This document shows positions 27,174 to 34,863 of a stretch of DNA of 53,866 bases, one piece after another (the first letter of the stretch is position 1; each line of letters starts with the position of its first letter). Both the position numbers and the translations under genes were made by a program. The DNA lies in IMG/VR virus record IMGVR_UViG_3300038450_000073, positions 1 through 53,866 of that record. One strand, 5' to 3'. Under the pieces are notes generated by a model. It was not told where the DNA came from, made no database searches, and worked only from the letters and a program-made list of their open reading frames with translations. This DNA comes from a virus. Taxonomy: Duplodnaviria > Caudoviricetes.

Positions 27174-27754
27174 CGCGCGACGCGGCCCGCTGCCCCACCT
27201 GCGGCGCGAAGATCGTCCGCTACCGGCACACGATGAACCGCGGGCTGGTCGAGGGCCTGGTCGCGCTCGCCGAGGTGGGGGGCGAGGCGTCGCTGGCCGA
27301 CCTCGGCCTCACGCGCAATCAGGTGGACAACTTCCAGAAGCTTCGCTACTGGGGGCTCGTCGAGAAGGTCCACCGCGACGACGGGACGCGGGTCGCGGGC
27401 GTCTGGCGGGTGACGCTGGCGGGGTATCGGTTCCTCGTGGGTGACTGCGTGCGTTCGCCGAGGCGACCCAGGGGGTGCTTCTCGATGCCTAAGCGCGTCC
27501 AGCTCTCGCGGCGGAAGGGCTACCGGAAGCCCGAGGGGGCGATCAACGTCGCCCGCCCGACGAAGTGGGGGAACCCGTTCCCGGTCGCGGCGGGTGGTCG
27601 CGAGTGGGCGGTCGCCTCCTACCGGCGGTGGCTGAGGAGCTGGGTGCTGGACGAGCAGATTCGTCGCGAGCTTGGCGGCCACGACCTCGCCTGCTGGTGC
27701 CCGCTCGACCAGCCCTGCCACGCTGACGTGTTGCTGGAGCTGGCGAATGCGTGA
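27170..27754 (+). CDS. wHTH-like N-terminus fused to DUF4326-like domain
   Basis: From M at 27485: PKRVQLSRRKG...RPTKWGNPF...L.G.DLACWCPLDQPCHADVLLELAN. Confidence 0.7.
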   Translation: MTRDAARCPTCGAKIVRYRHTMNRGLVEGLVALAEVGGEASLADLGLTRNQVDNFQKLRYWGLVEKVHRDDGTRVAGVWRVTLAGYRFLVGDCVRSPRRPRGCFSMPKRVQLSRRKGYRKPEGAINVARPTKWGNPFPVAAGGREWAVASYRRWLRSWVLDEQIRRELGGHDLACWCPLDQPCHADVLLELANA

Positions 27755-27989
27755 CGACCTCGCCCGGGCCCAGGCCGACCTCGCCGCGTTCGAGGCGCTG
27801 GTCGCCCGCCGTCGCGAACTGACCGCCGAGTGGGTGGAGCTCGAAGGGCTGATCCGTCGCCCCGACGCCTGCCCCCACTGCGGGCGCGCGCTCACCGTGG
27901 ACCCGTTCCCGGATGGGGCGGAGCGGGCAGCGGCGATGGCGGGGGAAGCGGCGCGGGTCTTCGCTAGGACCGCGAAGGAGGTGTCGTGA
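27747..27989 (+). CDS. hypothetical protein with CPHC motif
   Basis: Overlapping start MRDDLA. Confidence 0.5.
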   Translation: MRDDLARAQADLAAFEALVARRRELTAEWVELEGLIRRPDACPHCGRALTVDPFPDGAERAAAMAGEAARVFARTAKEVS

Positions 27990-28618
27990 CGCTCGCCGCG
28001 GTGGACACGCCCGTCGCCTCCTGCGTCGAGTACGGCGAGACGGGGCTGACGTTCCCGCGCGAGCTCACGTTCGACGAGTGGCAGGCGCTCGGCGCGACGC
28101 TCGGGCGCATGGCCGAGTCGGTCATGTTCTGGCTCGGAGACTGGTGGCTGTGGGGCGAGCACCACTACGGCGAGGCCGCGGCCCAGGCCGCCCCCACCGG
28201 CTACGCCACGGGGACGCTGCAGGAGGCGGCGCGCGTGGCCGACCGCATCCCATCGCCTAGGCGTCTAGGCAGTCTCTCGTGGTCGCACCACCAGGCGGTC
28301 GCGGCGCTCGACGAACCGGCCCAGGACGCGCTGCTCGGGCGCGCCGTCGCGGAGCACCTGTCGGTTCGCGACCTGCGGCACGAGGCGGCGCGCGCCAAGG
28401 CCCTCACCGCGCCGGAACCGTCGCCGGGCGACATCCTGGCCGCGGCCGGGCGGGAGCTGCGCGAGTGCACCGAGGCCATCGAGGCGGCATCCGCGCGGCG
28501 CGCTACAGCCTGGGCGCGCTGGGCCGCGGTGGGCGTGACGGTCGCGGACCTGGCGCGGATGAGCGGGGTCACCGCCTACGAGGTACGGTCGGTGCTGGGA
28601 GAGAGGGGGCAGGGATGA
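27986..28618 (+). CDS. LmbU-like DNA-binding regulator with extra C-terminal HTH
   Basis: GL..P..LTFDEW...G..L......FWLGDW..WGE..YG...G....TL...A.V.......RR...LSWSHH..VA.L....QD.LL..A....LSVRDLR. Confidence 0.75.
   Translation: MTLAAVDTPVASCVEYGETGLTFPRELTFDEWQALGATLGRMAESVMFWLGDWWLWGEHHYGEAAAQAAPTGYATGTLQEAARVADRIPSPRRLGSLSWSHHQAVAALDEPAQDALLGRAVAEHLSVRDLRHEAARAKALTAPEPSPGDILAAAGRELRECTEAIEAASARRATAWARWAAVGVTVADLARMSGVTAYEVRSVLGERGQG
28256..28269. promoter_or_regulatory. 14-bp palindromic site, 1-mismatch copy (CCTAGGCGTCTAGG), inside the LmbU-like gene
   Basis: Encodes PRRLG using codons that are rare in this genome (cct, agg, cta). Confidence 0.7.
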
Positions 28619-28881
28619 GCGCATCGGGTCTGGACTACGTGCCTAATAACCCAGTGAACAGGGAACTTGTCCAGGTTGCCGCGGTCGCCGTTGCGACACT
28701 GGAAGCTCGCGGCTGCGGGCTGGGTAACGTTTTCGCTGCGATTCAGGACGAGCGGCAGCGCCAGGATGAGAAGTGGGGGGCTGGCCGTCACTTGCCGATG
28801 ACGACGTGGCTCACCATTTTGACCGAGGAGGTCGGAGAGACTGCCGAGGCAATTCTGAAATCGGGCGAGTTCGACCAGTGA
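28615..28881 (+). CDS. MazG-like NTP pyrophosphohydrolase-fold protein (permuted motif order)
   Basis: ELVQVAAVAVA.LE, ERQRQDEKWG, W.TILTEEVGE.AEA. Confidence 0.65.
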   Translation: MSASGLDYVPNNPVNRELVQVAAVAVATLEARGCGLGNVFAAIQDERQRQDEKWGAGRHLPMTTWLTILTEEVGETAEAILKSGEFDQ

Positions 28882-29096
28882 CCCCTGACCTGCTCATCCA
28901 GGCCGCCCGCGAGCTTGGCCCCGTTCAGGCCCGCATCGACGCGGGGGACGCCCAGGCCGCCGCGGCCCGCGACGAGCGCGCGGCCATCTGGCGCAAGTAC
29001 CTGCGCCTGGGCGTGCAGATGACGCGCCTGGCGGAATTGTCGGGCCTCGACCGCACGGCCGTCCGCGACGCCCTGACGATAAGGAGGGGACGATGA
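28878..29096 (+). CDS. small HTH protein
   Basis: GVQMTRLAELSGLDRTAVRDAL, similar to the C-terminus of 27986..28618. Confidence 0.65.
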   Translation: MTPDLLIQAARELGPVQARIDAGDAQAAAARDERAAIWRKYLRLGVQMTRLAELSGLDRTAVRDALTIRRGR

Positions 29097-29338
29097 GTGA
29101 AAGCACGTTGGCAAAGCGACTGCATTTTCATGACCAGCAGTGGGGCTGGTGGCGGTCACGGGCACGTTGTTGCTGTGGTTGGCGAGGGCCTTGGCGCTAT
29201 TCGCTGCGCGTTCCTGCTCCTTATTGGCAGGCAATTGAGGATGACTGGCAAGCCCATTTTGATGAGCAGCCAGAGGAGATTCGTCGTGAGGCCCGCCGTT
29301 ACATGGTCGATATCCCTGCGACAAGGAGGACGCCATGA
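29093..29338 (+). CDS. hypothetical protein (lower GC)
   Basis: ATGA overlap, C.CGW.GPW motif. Confidence 0.55.
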   Translation: MSESTLAKRLHFHDQQWGWWRSRARCCCGWRGPWRYSLRVPAPYWQAIEDDWQAHFDEQPEEIRREARRYMVDIPATRRTP

Positions 29339-29627
29339 CTGTCGTGTACCTGATGGTGGGGCTCATCGTCGTGGCCGTCGTGGGGATGACCGTGCTGGCG
29401 CTCCGCGACTTGCCGCGGAAGGCGCACCGATGAGGACGCGGGCCAGACACCGAGGCAAGAGGATGGGCGACGGCGCTGCCGGTGGTTGGGCGCCCCCCTA
29501 CCGTGTCGCCCGTCGCGCCCGCGTACTCCATCGCCGCGACGCAATCGACGCGCGCCTCCGGCGCCTGGCCGCGGTGGAGAGACAGCGCGGGCGTAGACTG
29601 CGGGCGCTGGCGCGGATGGTCGAAAAG

Positions 29628-29641
29628 CCTAGACGTCTAGG
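29628..29641. promoter_or_regulatory. 14-bp palindromic site CCTAGACGTCTAGG
   Basis: Perfect copy upstream of the 29657 start. Confidence 0.8.
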
Positions 29642-29656
29642 CAATGTGGAGGCACC

Positions 29657-29926
29657 ATGCCGCTGACAGTCGAGGAGTTCGAGCGTGCCTACGCTGAACG
29701 GTCTGGCACGACTGTCGCCAAGCTTCATGCCTGGGGCCGGTACGGCGAGCCTTGTGACTGCGGCGATGACCTCTGCGAGGGCTTCCAGATGACGCACGCC
29801 TGGGAGGACGCCATTATCGAGGACGTGCTGAGAACGGGCGCGATGCTGCTAGCGCGGGCCGACGAGCTTGCCGCTGGGCTGAGTGAGGCCCTGCCAGAGG
29901 GGTTAGAAGTGCGATGGCTGACTTGA
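29657..29926 (+). CDS. hypothetical protein
   Basis: SD ggagg, FERAYAERSG...PCDCG...CEGF motif. Confidence 0.6.
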   Translation: MPLTVEEFERAYAERSGTTVAKLHAWGRYGEPCDCGDDLCEGFQMTHAWEDAIIEDVLRTGAMLLARADELAAGLSEALPEGLEVRWLT

Positions 29927-30156
29927 CCGACGACCAGCTGGACGACCTGGAGCGCATCGCCCGCGCCGGTTCCCCCGGACCGTTCCAGGCCGCGTTCAGC
30001 TACCGCGACCCGGGGAACGTCCTGGCACTCCTGGCCGACGTCCGCCGAGCGCGCTACCTGCTCGCTCGCGCCGAGGTGCGCCTGCGCAACAACAAGACGA
30101 GCTGGTCGCAGGCTGACGAGATTCGAGCGTTCCTAAACGGGGCCGAGGAGGGCTAA
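29914..30156 (+). CDS. hypothetical protein (Ead/Ea22-like)
   Basis: LTDDQLDDLE...PGP...P..VLALLA.VRR. Confidence 0.5.
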   Translation: MADLTDDQLDDLERIARAGSPGPFQAAFSYRDPGNVLALLADVRRARYLLARAEVRLRNNKTSWSQADEIRAFLNGAEEG

Positions 30157-30527
30157 TGGTCGGACCGACGGATGAGCAGCTGGACGAGATTGAGGCGCGC
30201 CTGGACGCGGCAACGCCGGGGCCGTGGACGTTACGTGTAATCGACGGCTCTAACGTGGTCACGGCTGGCGAGTATCCGATGCGTTCTATCATCGGCCCGA
30301 ATCGTGCCGACCTCGGCTTTATCGCCAATGCACCATCTGACCTGCGCTTACTCCTGGCGGCGGTTCGGAGGGGACGCCGCATTGAGGCCGAGCGCGATAG
30401 GGCGGTTGAACTGCTCATTCACGTGCTGGAGGCTGAGGTGCAGCAGAGATGGTCGGCTAACGTCAGCCTGCACGGGGAGATTCAGAATTACCTACTGGAG
30501 CTGCGCGCCGCCCTCGACGGTGCCTGA
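30156..30527 (+). CDS. hypothetical protein (Ead/Ea22-like)
   Basis: LDEIEARLDAATPGPW...FIANAPSDL..LLA.VRR. Confidence 0.55.
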   Translation: MVGPTDEQLDEIEARLDAATPGPWTLRVIDGSNVVTAGEYPMRSIIGPNRADLGFIANAPSDLRLLLAAVRRGRRIEAERDRAVELLIHVLEAEVQQRWSANVSLHGEIQNYLLELRAALDGA

Positions 30528-30529
30528 TC

Positions 30530-30733
30530 GTGGCTGACGAACCGGCAAAAGGCGACCCGGCCGTTGTGGTCGGCGTCGATGAACGCTACGGCGTCATCTT
30601 CGCGGACCCGTCGACCTGGCCCGAGACGGACGACCCCGAGGACATTCGGCGTGCGCTGGCATCGGGTGGCATCGCGCCGACCCTGCGGACCCGGCCATCG
30701 CTGCCGACGGACTACAGCGAGCTGACCCCGTGA
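30530..30733 (+). CDS. small hypothetical protein
   Basis: Fills the gap, GTGA overlap with the next gene. Confidence 0.45.
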   Translation: MADEPAKGDPAVVVGVDERYGVIFADPSTWPETDDPEDIRRALASGGIAPTLRTRPSLPTDYSELTP

Positions 30734-31446
30734 CAGACCCCCAGCCCTCGCGACCCGACGACAGCCGCTGGTGCCTCGCCAAGACCAAGGGCGGCCCCGG
30801 CTACTGCCACCGCCCGGCAGGCTGGGGCACGCCGCACCCTGGCATCGGGCGCTGCAAGCTGCACGGCGGGTCCAGCCCGAACGCCATCCGCGGCGCGGAG
30901 AAAGTCCTGGCCCAGCAGCGTGTCGCCAAGGCTGTCGAGGTCGCCAACGCCTTCGGAATCGGCATCACCCCCGGCCACGTCGACCCGTTCGAGGAAATCC
31001 TGATCTCCCTGTGGCGGCGCAAGGTGGCCCTGCGCTACATCGAGGGCGAGGTGGGCAAGCTGCGCGCCGAGGAGGTCGTCTGGGTGAAGGCCGAGCAGGA
31101 CGAGTCGCAGGCCAAGGTCACTGAGGAGGGGACGGGGACCGGCGCCAAGGGTGGCGACACGTCGATGGAGCGGACCACGAACGAGGCGCGCATCAGACGC
31201 CGCGCCGAGGTGAACGCCTGGGTGCGGCTGTGGCAGGAGGTCCAGCGCGACCACGACCGGCTGGCCGTCGAGGCCGTCCGGCTAGGCTTGGCTGAGCGCG
31301 AGGTGCGCGTGACGGAGCTCCTGGGCGGCCAGATGTACGACGTGCTCCAGGCCATCTTCGCCGACCCGGCACTCGCCATGACCCCCGACCAGCTCGAACG
31401 CGTACCCGAGGTCGCCAGCCGCCACCTGGAGCTGGTGCCGGCGTGA
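30730..31446 (+). CDS. terS: terminase small subunit (HGGxSTG-type Zn motif)
   Basis: CLAKTK....C..PAGWGT.H.G.GRCKLHGG.SP, upstream of TerL. Confidence 0.7.
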   Translation: MTDPQPSRPDDSRWCLAKTKGGPGYCHRPAGWGTPHPGIGRCKLHGGSSPNAIRGAEKVLAQQRVAKAVEVANAFGIGITPGHVDPFEEILISLWRRKVALRYIEGEVGKLRAEEVVWVKAEQDESQAKVTEEGTGTGAKGGDTSMERTTNEARIRRRAEVNAWVRLWQEVQRDHDRLAVEAVRLGLAEREVRVTELLGGQMYDVLQAIFADPALAMTPDQLERVPEVASRHLELVPA

Positions 31447-31658
31447 CCGTGGACGCGGAACCGCTCGTCGACTTCCCTCGGCGCCTGCCCGCCTACCCCA
31501 AGGCACCAGGGCGGCCCCGCGTCGGCATCGTGCACGTGACCAGCGTGTACGCGGACGGGGGCGCGGTGGAGTGGTCCTGCTCCTGCGGGGACGGGGGCGA
31601 GGAGGCGACGCGGGGGGAGGCCATGCGCGCCGCGGCGAGGCACCGGGCGCTGGCGTAG
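31443..31658 (+). CDS. small hypothetical protein
   Basis: W.CSCG...H motif, GTGA overlap. Confidence 0.5.
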   Translation: MTVDAEPLVDFPRRLPAYPKAPGRPRVGIVHVTSVYADGGAVEWSCSCGDGGEEATRGEAMRAAARHRALA

Positions 31659-31694
31659 TATCCCCGCGCAGTATCGCGTGGTAGTATCACGGAC

Positions 31695-32006
31695 ATGGCA
31701 CGCGCGAAGAGCACGAACGTCCTCGTCCGGTTCCCCCCCGAGACGCACGAGGCAGTGAAGGCGGCGGCGGCCCGGCTCAGGTTGTCGTTCAACACTTATG
31801 TCGTCCTCGTGACCGGTGGCGACGCGTCGAGAACGCTTGCTGAGCCGGAGCACCCAGTTGGGGTCGTCGCGGGGGACGCGGGTGCCGTGGCCATTGAGCA
31901 TGTCGCCGAGCAGCGCCGTGCCGTGCTGGGCCAAACGCAGCACGAGCCAGTTCGGCGGGGTCGCTCCTCCAAGAAGGACGCCTACCTCAGAGGGAGGAAG
32001 ACGTGA
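31695..32006 (+). CDS. ribbon-helix-helix (Arc-like) regulator
   Basis: VLVRFPPETHEAVKAAAARLRLSFNTYVV. Confidence 0.7.
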   Translation: MARAKSTNVLVRFPPETHEAVKAAAARLRLSFNTYVVLVTGGDASRTLAEPEHPVGVVAGDAGAVAIEHVAEQRRAVLGQTQHEPVRRGRSSKKDAYLRGRKT

Positions 32007-32182
32007 GTGAGCAAAGGCCAGAACGCCCGCGCGATCACCTCGACGATGTGTTCGACCGTTACGCGGAAGTCATGCAGTGCGAATACTGCGGTAAGGTCGC
32101 GCCGTGCCGCCCCGACCCCTACGGCCAGCGGCCCGCGTGCAAGACGGACTGGGACGGCATCGTCGGCGGGTTCGACGAATAG
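32003..32182 (+). CDS. small Zn-binding hypothetical protein (59 aa, not in ORF track)
   Basis: GTGA overlap with SD ggagg, CEYCG...C motif. Confidence 0.5.
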   Translation: MSEQRPERPRDHLDDVFDRYAEVMQCEYCGKVAPCRPDPYGQRPACKTDWDGIVGGFDE

Positions 32183-32196
32183 TCTAGACGTCTAGG
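32183..32196. promoter_or_regulatory. 14-bp palindromic site, 1-mismatch copy (TCTAGACGTCTAGG)
   Basis: Upstream of terL, followed by caat. Confidence 0.75.
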
Positions 32197-32270
32197 CAAT
32201 CGCGACCGTCCGTGACTCGCGCCTCCCCGCGTCCTAGCCTTGTCCCCGTGGCCGGGCGTAGGGTGACGCG

Positions 32271-34058
32271 GTGACCCTCGTCGACGACCGCCAGGTGTTC
32301 CTAGCCGCGGCGCGCGCCTTTCGCCCGCGTACGGCCGAGCAGGTCCCCTACTGGTCGGACCCGGTGGGCTGGGCGCGGGACTGCATCCGCTGGCCGCGGG
32401 GGCAGGGGCTCCGCGAGTCGCAGGCGCGGTTCATGGCCAACCTCATCGAGCACAAGCGCGAGGCGGTCCGCGGCCCGCACGGCCTTGGCAAGACGACCGC
32501 CGCCTCGCTGCTGGTGCTGTGGTTCGCCCTAACTAGAGAGGCCGCGGGCGTCAACTGGAAGATCGGCACGACCGCCTCGGCGTGGCAGCAGCTCACGCAC
32601 TATCTCTGGCCTGAGATTCACGAATGGGCCGAGCTGGTCGACTGGGCCAAGGTCGGCCGTAAGCCGTTCAACGACCGGCGCGAGCTGCTGAAGTGGGAAC
32701 TCAACCTGCGTCATGGTCGGGCCTGGGCGATGGCGTCGGACCGGCCCGCGGCGATGGAGGGAGCGCACGCCGACCACCTGCTCATCATCTTTGACGAGGC
32801 GAAGGAAATCCCGAGCGCGACGTGGGACGCCATCGAGGGCGCCTTCTCGACTGCTGGCGAGGGTGGCACCGAGGCGTTCGCCCTGGCCATCTCGACACCC
32901 GCCGAGCCATTGGGACGGTTCTACGAAATCCACGCCCGAGCGTTCGGGACCGAGGACTGGCACACGACGCACGTCCGGCTGAAGGACGCGATCAACGACG
33001 GGAGTGTCACCGACGAGTGGGTAGAGCAGCACAAACGCCTCTGGGGCGAGAAGTCCGCCATCTACCAGAACCGGGTGCTGGGCGAGTTCGCCTCGTCCGC
33101 GACCGATGGCGTCATCCCGCTCACCTGGCTGACGGCGGCCAACGACCGCTGGCGCGCCATGTTCGGCGACGAGCACGACCCGGGCAAGGAGCGCGACCCG
33201 ACCGATGGGACGTGGCGCATCCTCGCCGACGACGCCCCGGTCGACCGGCTAGGCGTGGACATCGCCGAGGGCGGAGGCGACAACTCGACCATCGCTTTCC
33301 GGGTCGGCAACGTCATTACCGAGATCAAGCGCTACCCGTTCGTCGATAACCCGGTCGACCTGGCCACGATCGTCATGGAGGAACAGAAGGCCCACCAGCT
33401 GCCCGAACCGACCGCGACCGGCCAGCGCTATCCGAAGGCCATCGTCGACTCCCAGCCGTCTGGCGTGTTCCATTTCATGCGGAAGGCCCACCGTCCGGTC
33501 GAGGGGTTCGTCGCTGCTGAGGGCACGAAGATGAAGGACCTGTCCGGCGAGTTCGGCTTCCTGAACAAGCGGGCGCTGGCCTGGTGGAACCTTCGCGAGA
33601 TGTTGGACCCGTCTTGGACGGGCGAGCCCGTCGCCTTGCCGCCCGACGACAAGCTGACCGGCGACCTGCTGGCGCCGCGCTACCGTGAAATCACAGGCGG
33701 CCGGATTCAGGTCGAGATGAAGAAGGAAATCCGGAAACGGATCGGGCGTTCGACCGACGACGGCGACGCCGTGGTCATGGTCATGCTGGACCGGAACGCC
33801 GGATCGGGGTTCGCGTCGTACATGCTCGCGGAGGTTCGTAAGCGCGACGAGGAGGTGGGGCAGATGGCCGACGAGGGCAGGCCCTTGTCCAAGGGCGAGC
33901 TGGCAATCGACCGGGAGCGGGCGCGGCTCGCGCGGTTAGCCGCGCGCCCGACGCGCGTCCCGCGCCACGACCACCTCTACGTGCGCCAGCCGGACGGGGC
34001 GATACGGTGCAACGTGTGCCAGCAAGTGCCGCCGTGGCAGCCGCCGGACAAAGCCTAG
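32271..34058 (+). CDS. terL: terminase large subunit
   Basis: Walker A RGPHGLGKT, Walker B LIIFDEA, ISTP coupling motif, nuclease LGVDIA...D and STDDGDA. Confidence 0.95.
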   Translation: MTLVDDRQVFLAAARAFRPRTAEQVPYWSDPVGWARDCIRWPRGQGLRESQARFMANLIEHKREAVRGPHGLGKTTAASLLVLWFALTREAAGVNWKIGTTASAWQQLTHYLWPEIHEWAELVDWAKVGRKPFNDRRELLKWELNLRHGRAWAMASDRPAAMEGAHADHLLIIFDEAKEIPSATWDAIEGAFSTAGEGGTEAFALAISTPAEPLGRFYEIHARAFGTEDWHTTHVRLKDAINDGSVTDEWVEQHKRLWGEKSAIYQNRVLGEFASSATDGVIPLTWLTAANDRWRAMFGDEHDPGKERDPTDGTWRILADDAPVDRLGVDIAEGGGDNSTIAFRVGNVITEIKRYPFVDNPVDLATIVMEEQKAHQLPEPTATGQRYPKAIVDSQPSGVFHFMRKAHRPVEGFVAAEGTKMKDLSGEFGFLNKRALAWWNLREMLDPSWTGEPVALPPDDKLTGDLLAPRYREITGGRIQVEMKKEIRKRIGRSTDDGDAVVMVMLDRNAGSGFASYMLAEVRKRDEEVGQMADEGRPLSKGELAIDRERARLARLAARPTRVPRHDHLYVRQPDGAIRCNVCQQVPPWQPPDKA

Positions 34059-34067
34059 ACGTCTAGG
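34054..34067. promoter_or_regulatory. 14-bp palindromic site CCTAGACGTCTAGG
   Basis: Perfect copy that supplies the terL stop codon. Confidence 0.8.
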
Positions 34068-34307
34068 GTGTTCAGACAGGAGGCAGGGGTGCTCCACCTT
34101 GCACCGTTGAAAGAGGACGACGAGCCGCTGTGTGGGGCGATTGCTCCCGATACGCCCGAGGTTATCTTCTGCCAACGCGCCGAAGGTCACGACGGGTGGC
34201 ACACGGCCGCGGTGCGCCCAGCCAAGGCAGACGGCACCGAGCCGATGCTGGTCGATGAGGACGACGAGGTCGTGCCGCTGACTGTTTATGAAACGTGGCC
34301 CCAGTGA
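34068..34307 (+). CDS. small hypothetical protein
   Basis: C...C....GH.G.H motif. Start uncertain. Confidence 0.45.
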   Translation: MFRQEAGVLHLAPLKEDDEPLCGAIAPDTPEVIFCQRAEGHDGWHTAAVRPAKADGTEPMLVDEDDEVVPLTVYETWPQ

Positions 34308-34561
34308 TGAGACAGCTCCGCGCTCGGTGGATCGACTTCCGCAACGGCATCGACAGCGGCTACCCGTTGTGCTGTGTGCTGCGCTTCGCGTTGTGCCGCT
34401 ACGCGAACCAGGGCGCGCGCCGGGGTGGCGAGCATGAGTGGGTGGCCTGTGGCATCTTCCACCGCAAGACACACGACTGGGATTGGGACGGCTACCTCGG
34501 CCCCGGCTGGCGCGCCGAGCGCTACGACCCGAGCAAGGCCCGTCGTCTCTGGCGCACCTGA
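34307..34561 (+). CDS. small hypothetical protein
   Basis: G..SGYP.CC..RF motif, TGATG coupling. Confidence 0.45.
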   Translation: MRQLRARWIDFRNGIDSGYPLCCVLRFALCRYANQGARRGGEHEWVACGIFHRKTHDWDWDGYLGPGWRAERYDPSKARRLWRT

Positions 34562-34626
34562 CAATCACCGCTGCGCTCCAGCCGCGGTCCTACACTGAGG
34601 GGCAGCTAGTCACCGAAGGAGGCGCG

Positions 34627-34863
34627 TTGCCCGGATTCTCGACTCGCTTTCAGAGTGGCTTCGTGCAGCTGGTCGGCCTCGGCGTCGCCGATGCCGCGAC
34701 CTGGCGCTTCGCCGGGCCGAACGCCGGGCTGCTCGTCGCCGCGGCCGTGCTCGTGCTCATCGGCTTCGCGATGGACGGGGGTGAGATAGACGCGGTCGGG
34801 GCCGTGGGGAAGCTGCTCGCGCGGCTGGGCGGGCTGTTGAGCCGCCACGAGGCGTCTGAGTGA
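34627..34863 (+). CDS. small two-TM protein preceding portal
   Basis: SD aaggagg plus TTG start, hydrophobic. Confidence 0.55.
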   Translation: MPGFSTRFQSGFVQLVGLGVADAATWRFAGPNAGLLVAAAVLVLIGFAMDGGEIDAVGAVGKLLARLGGLLSRHEASE

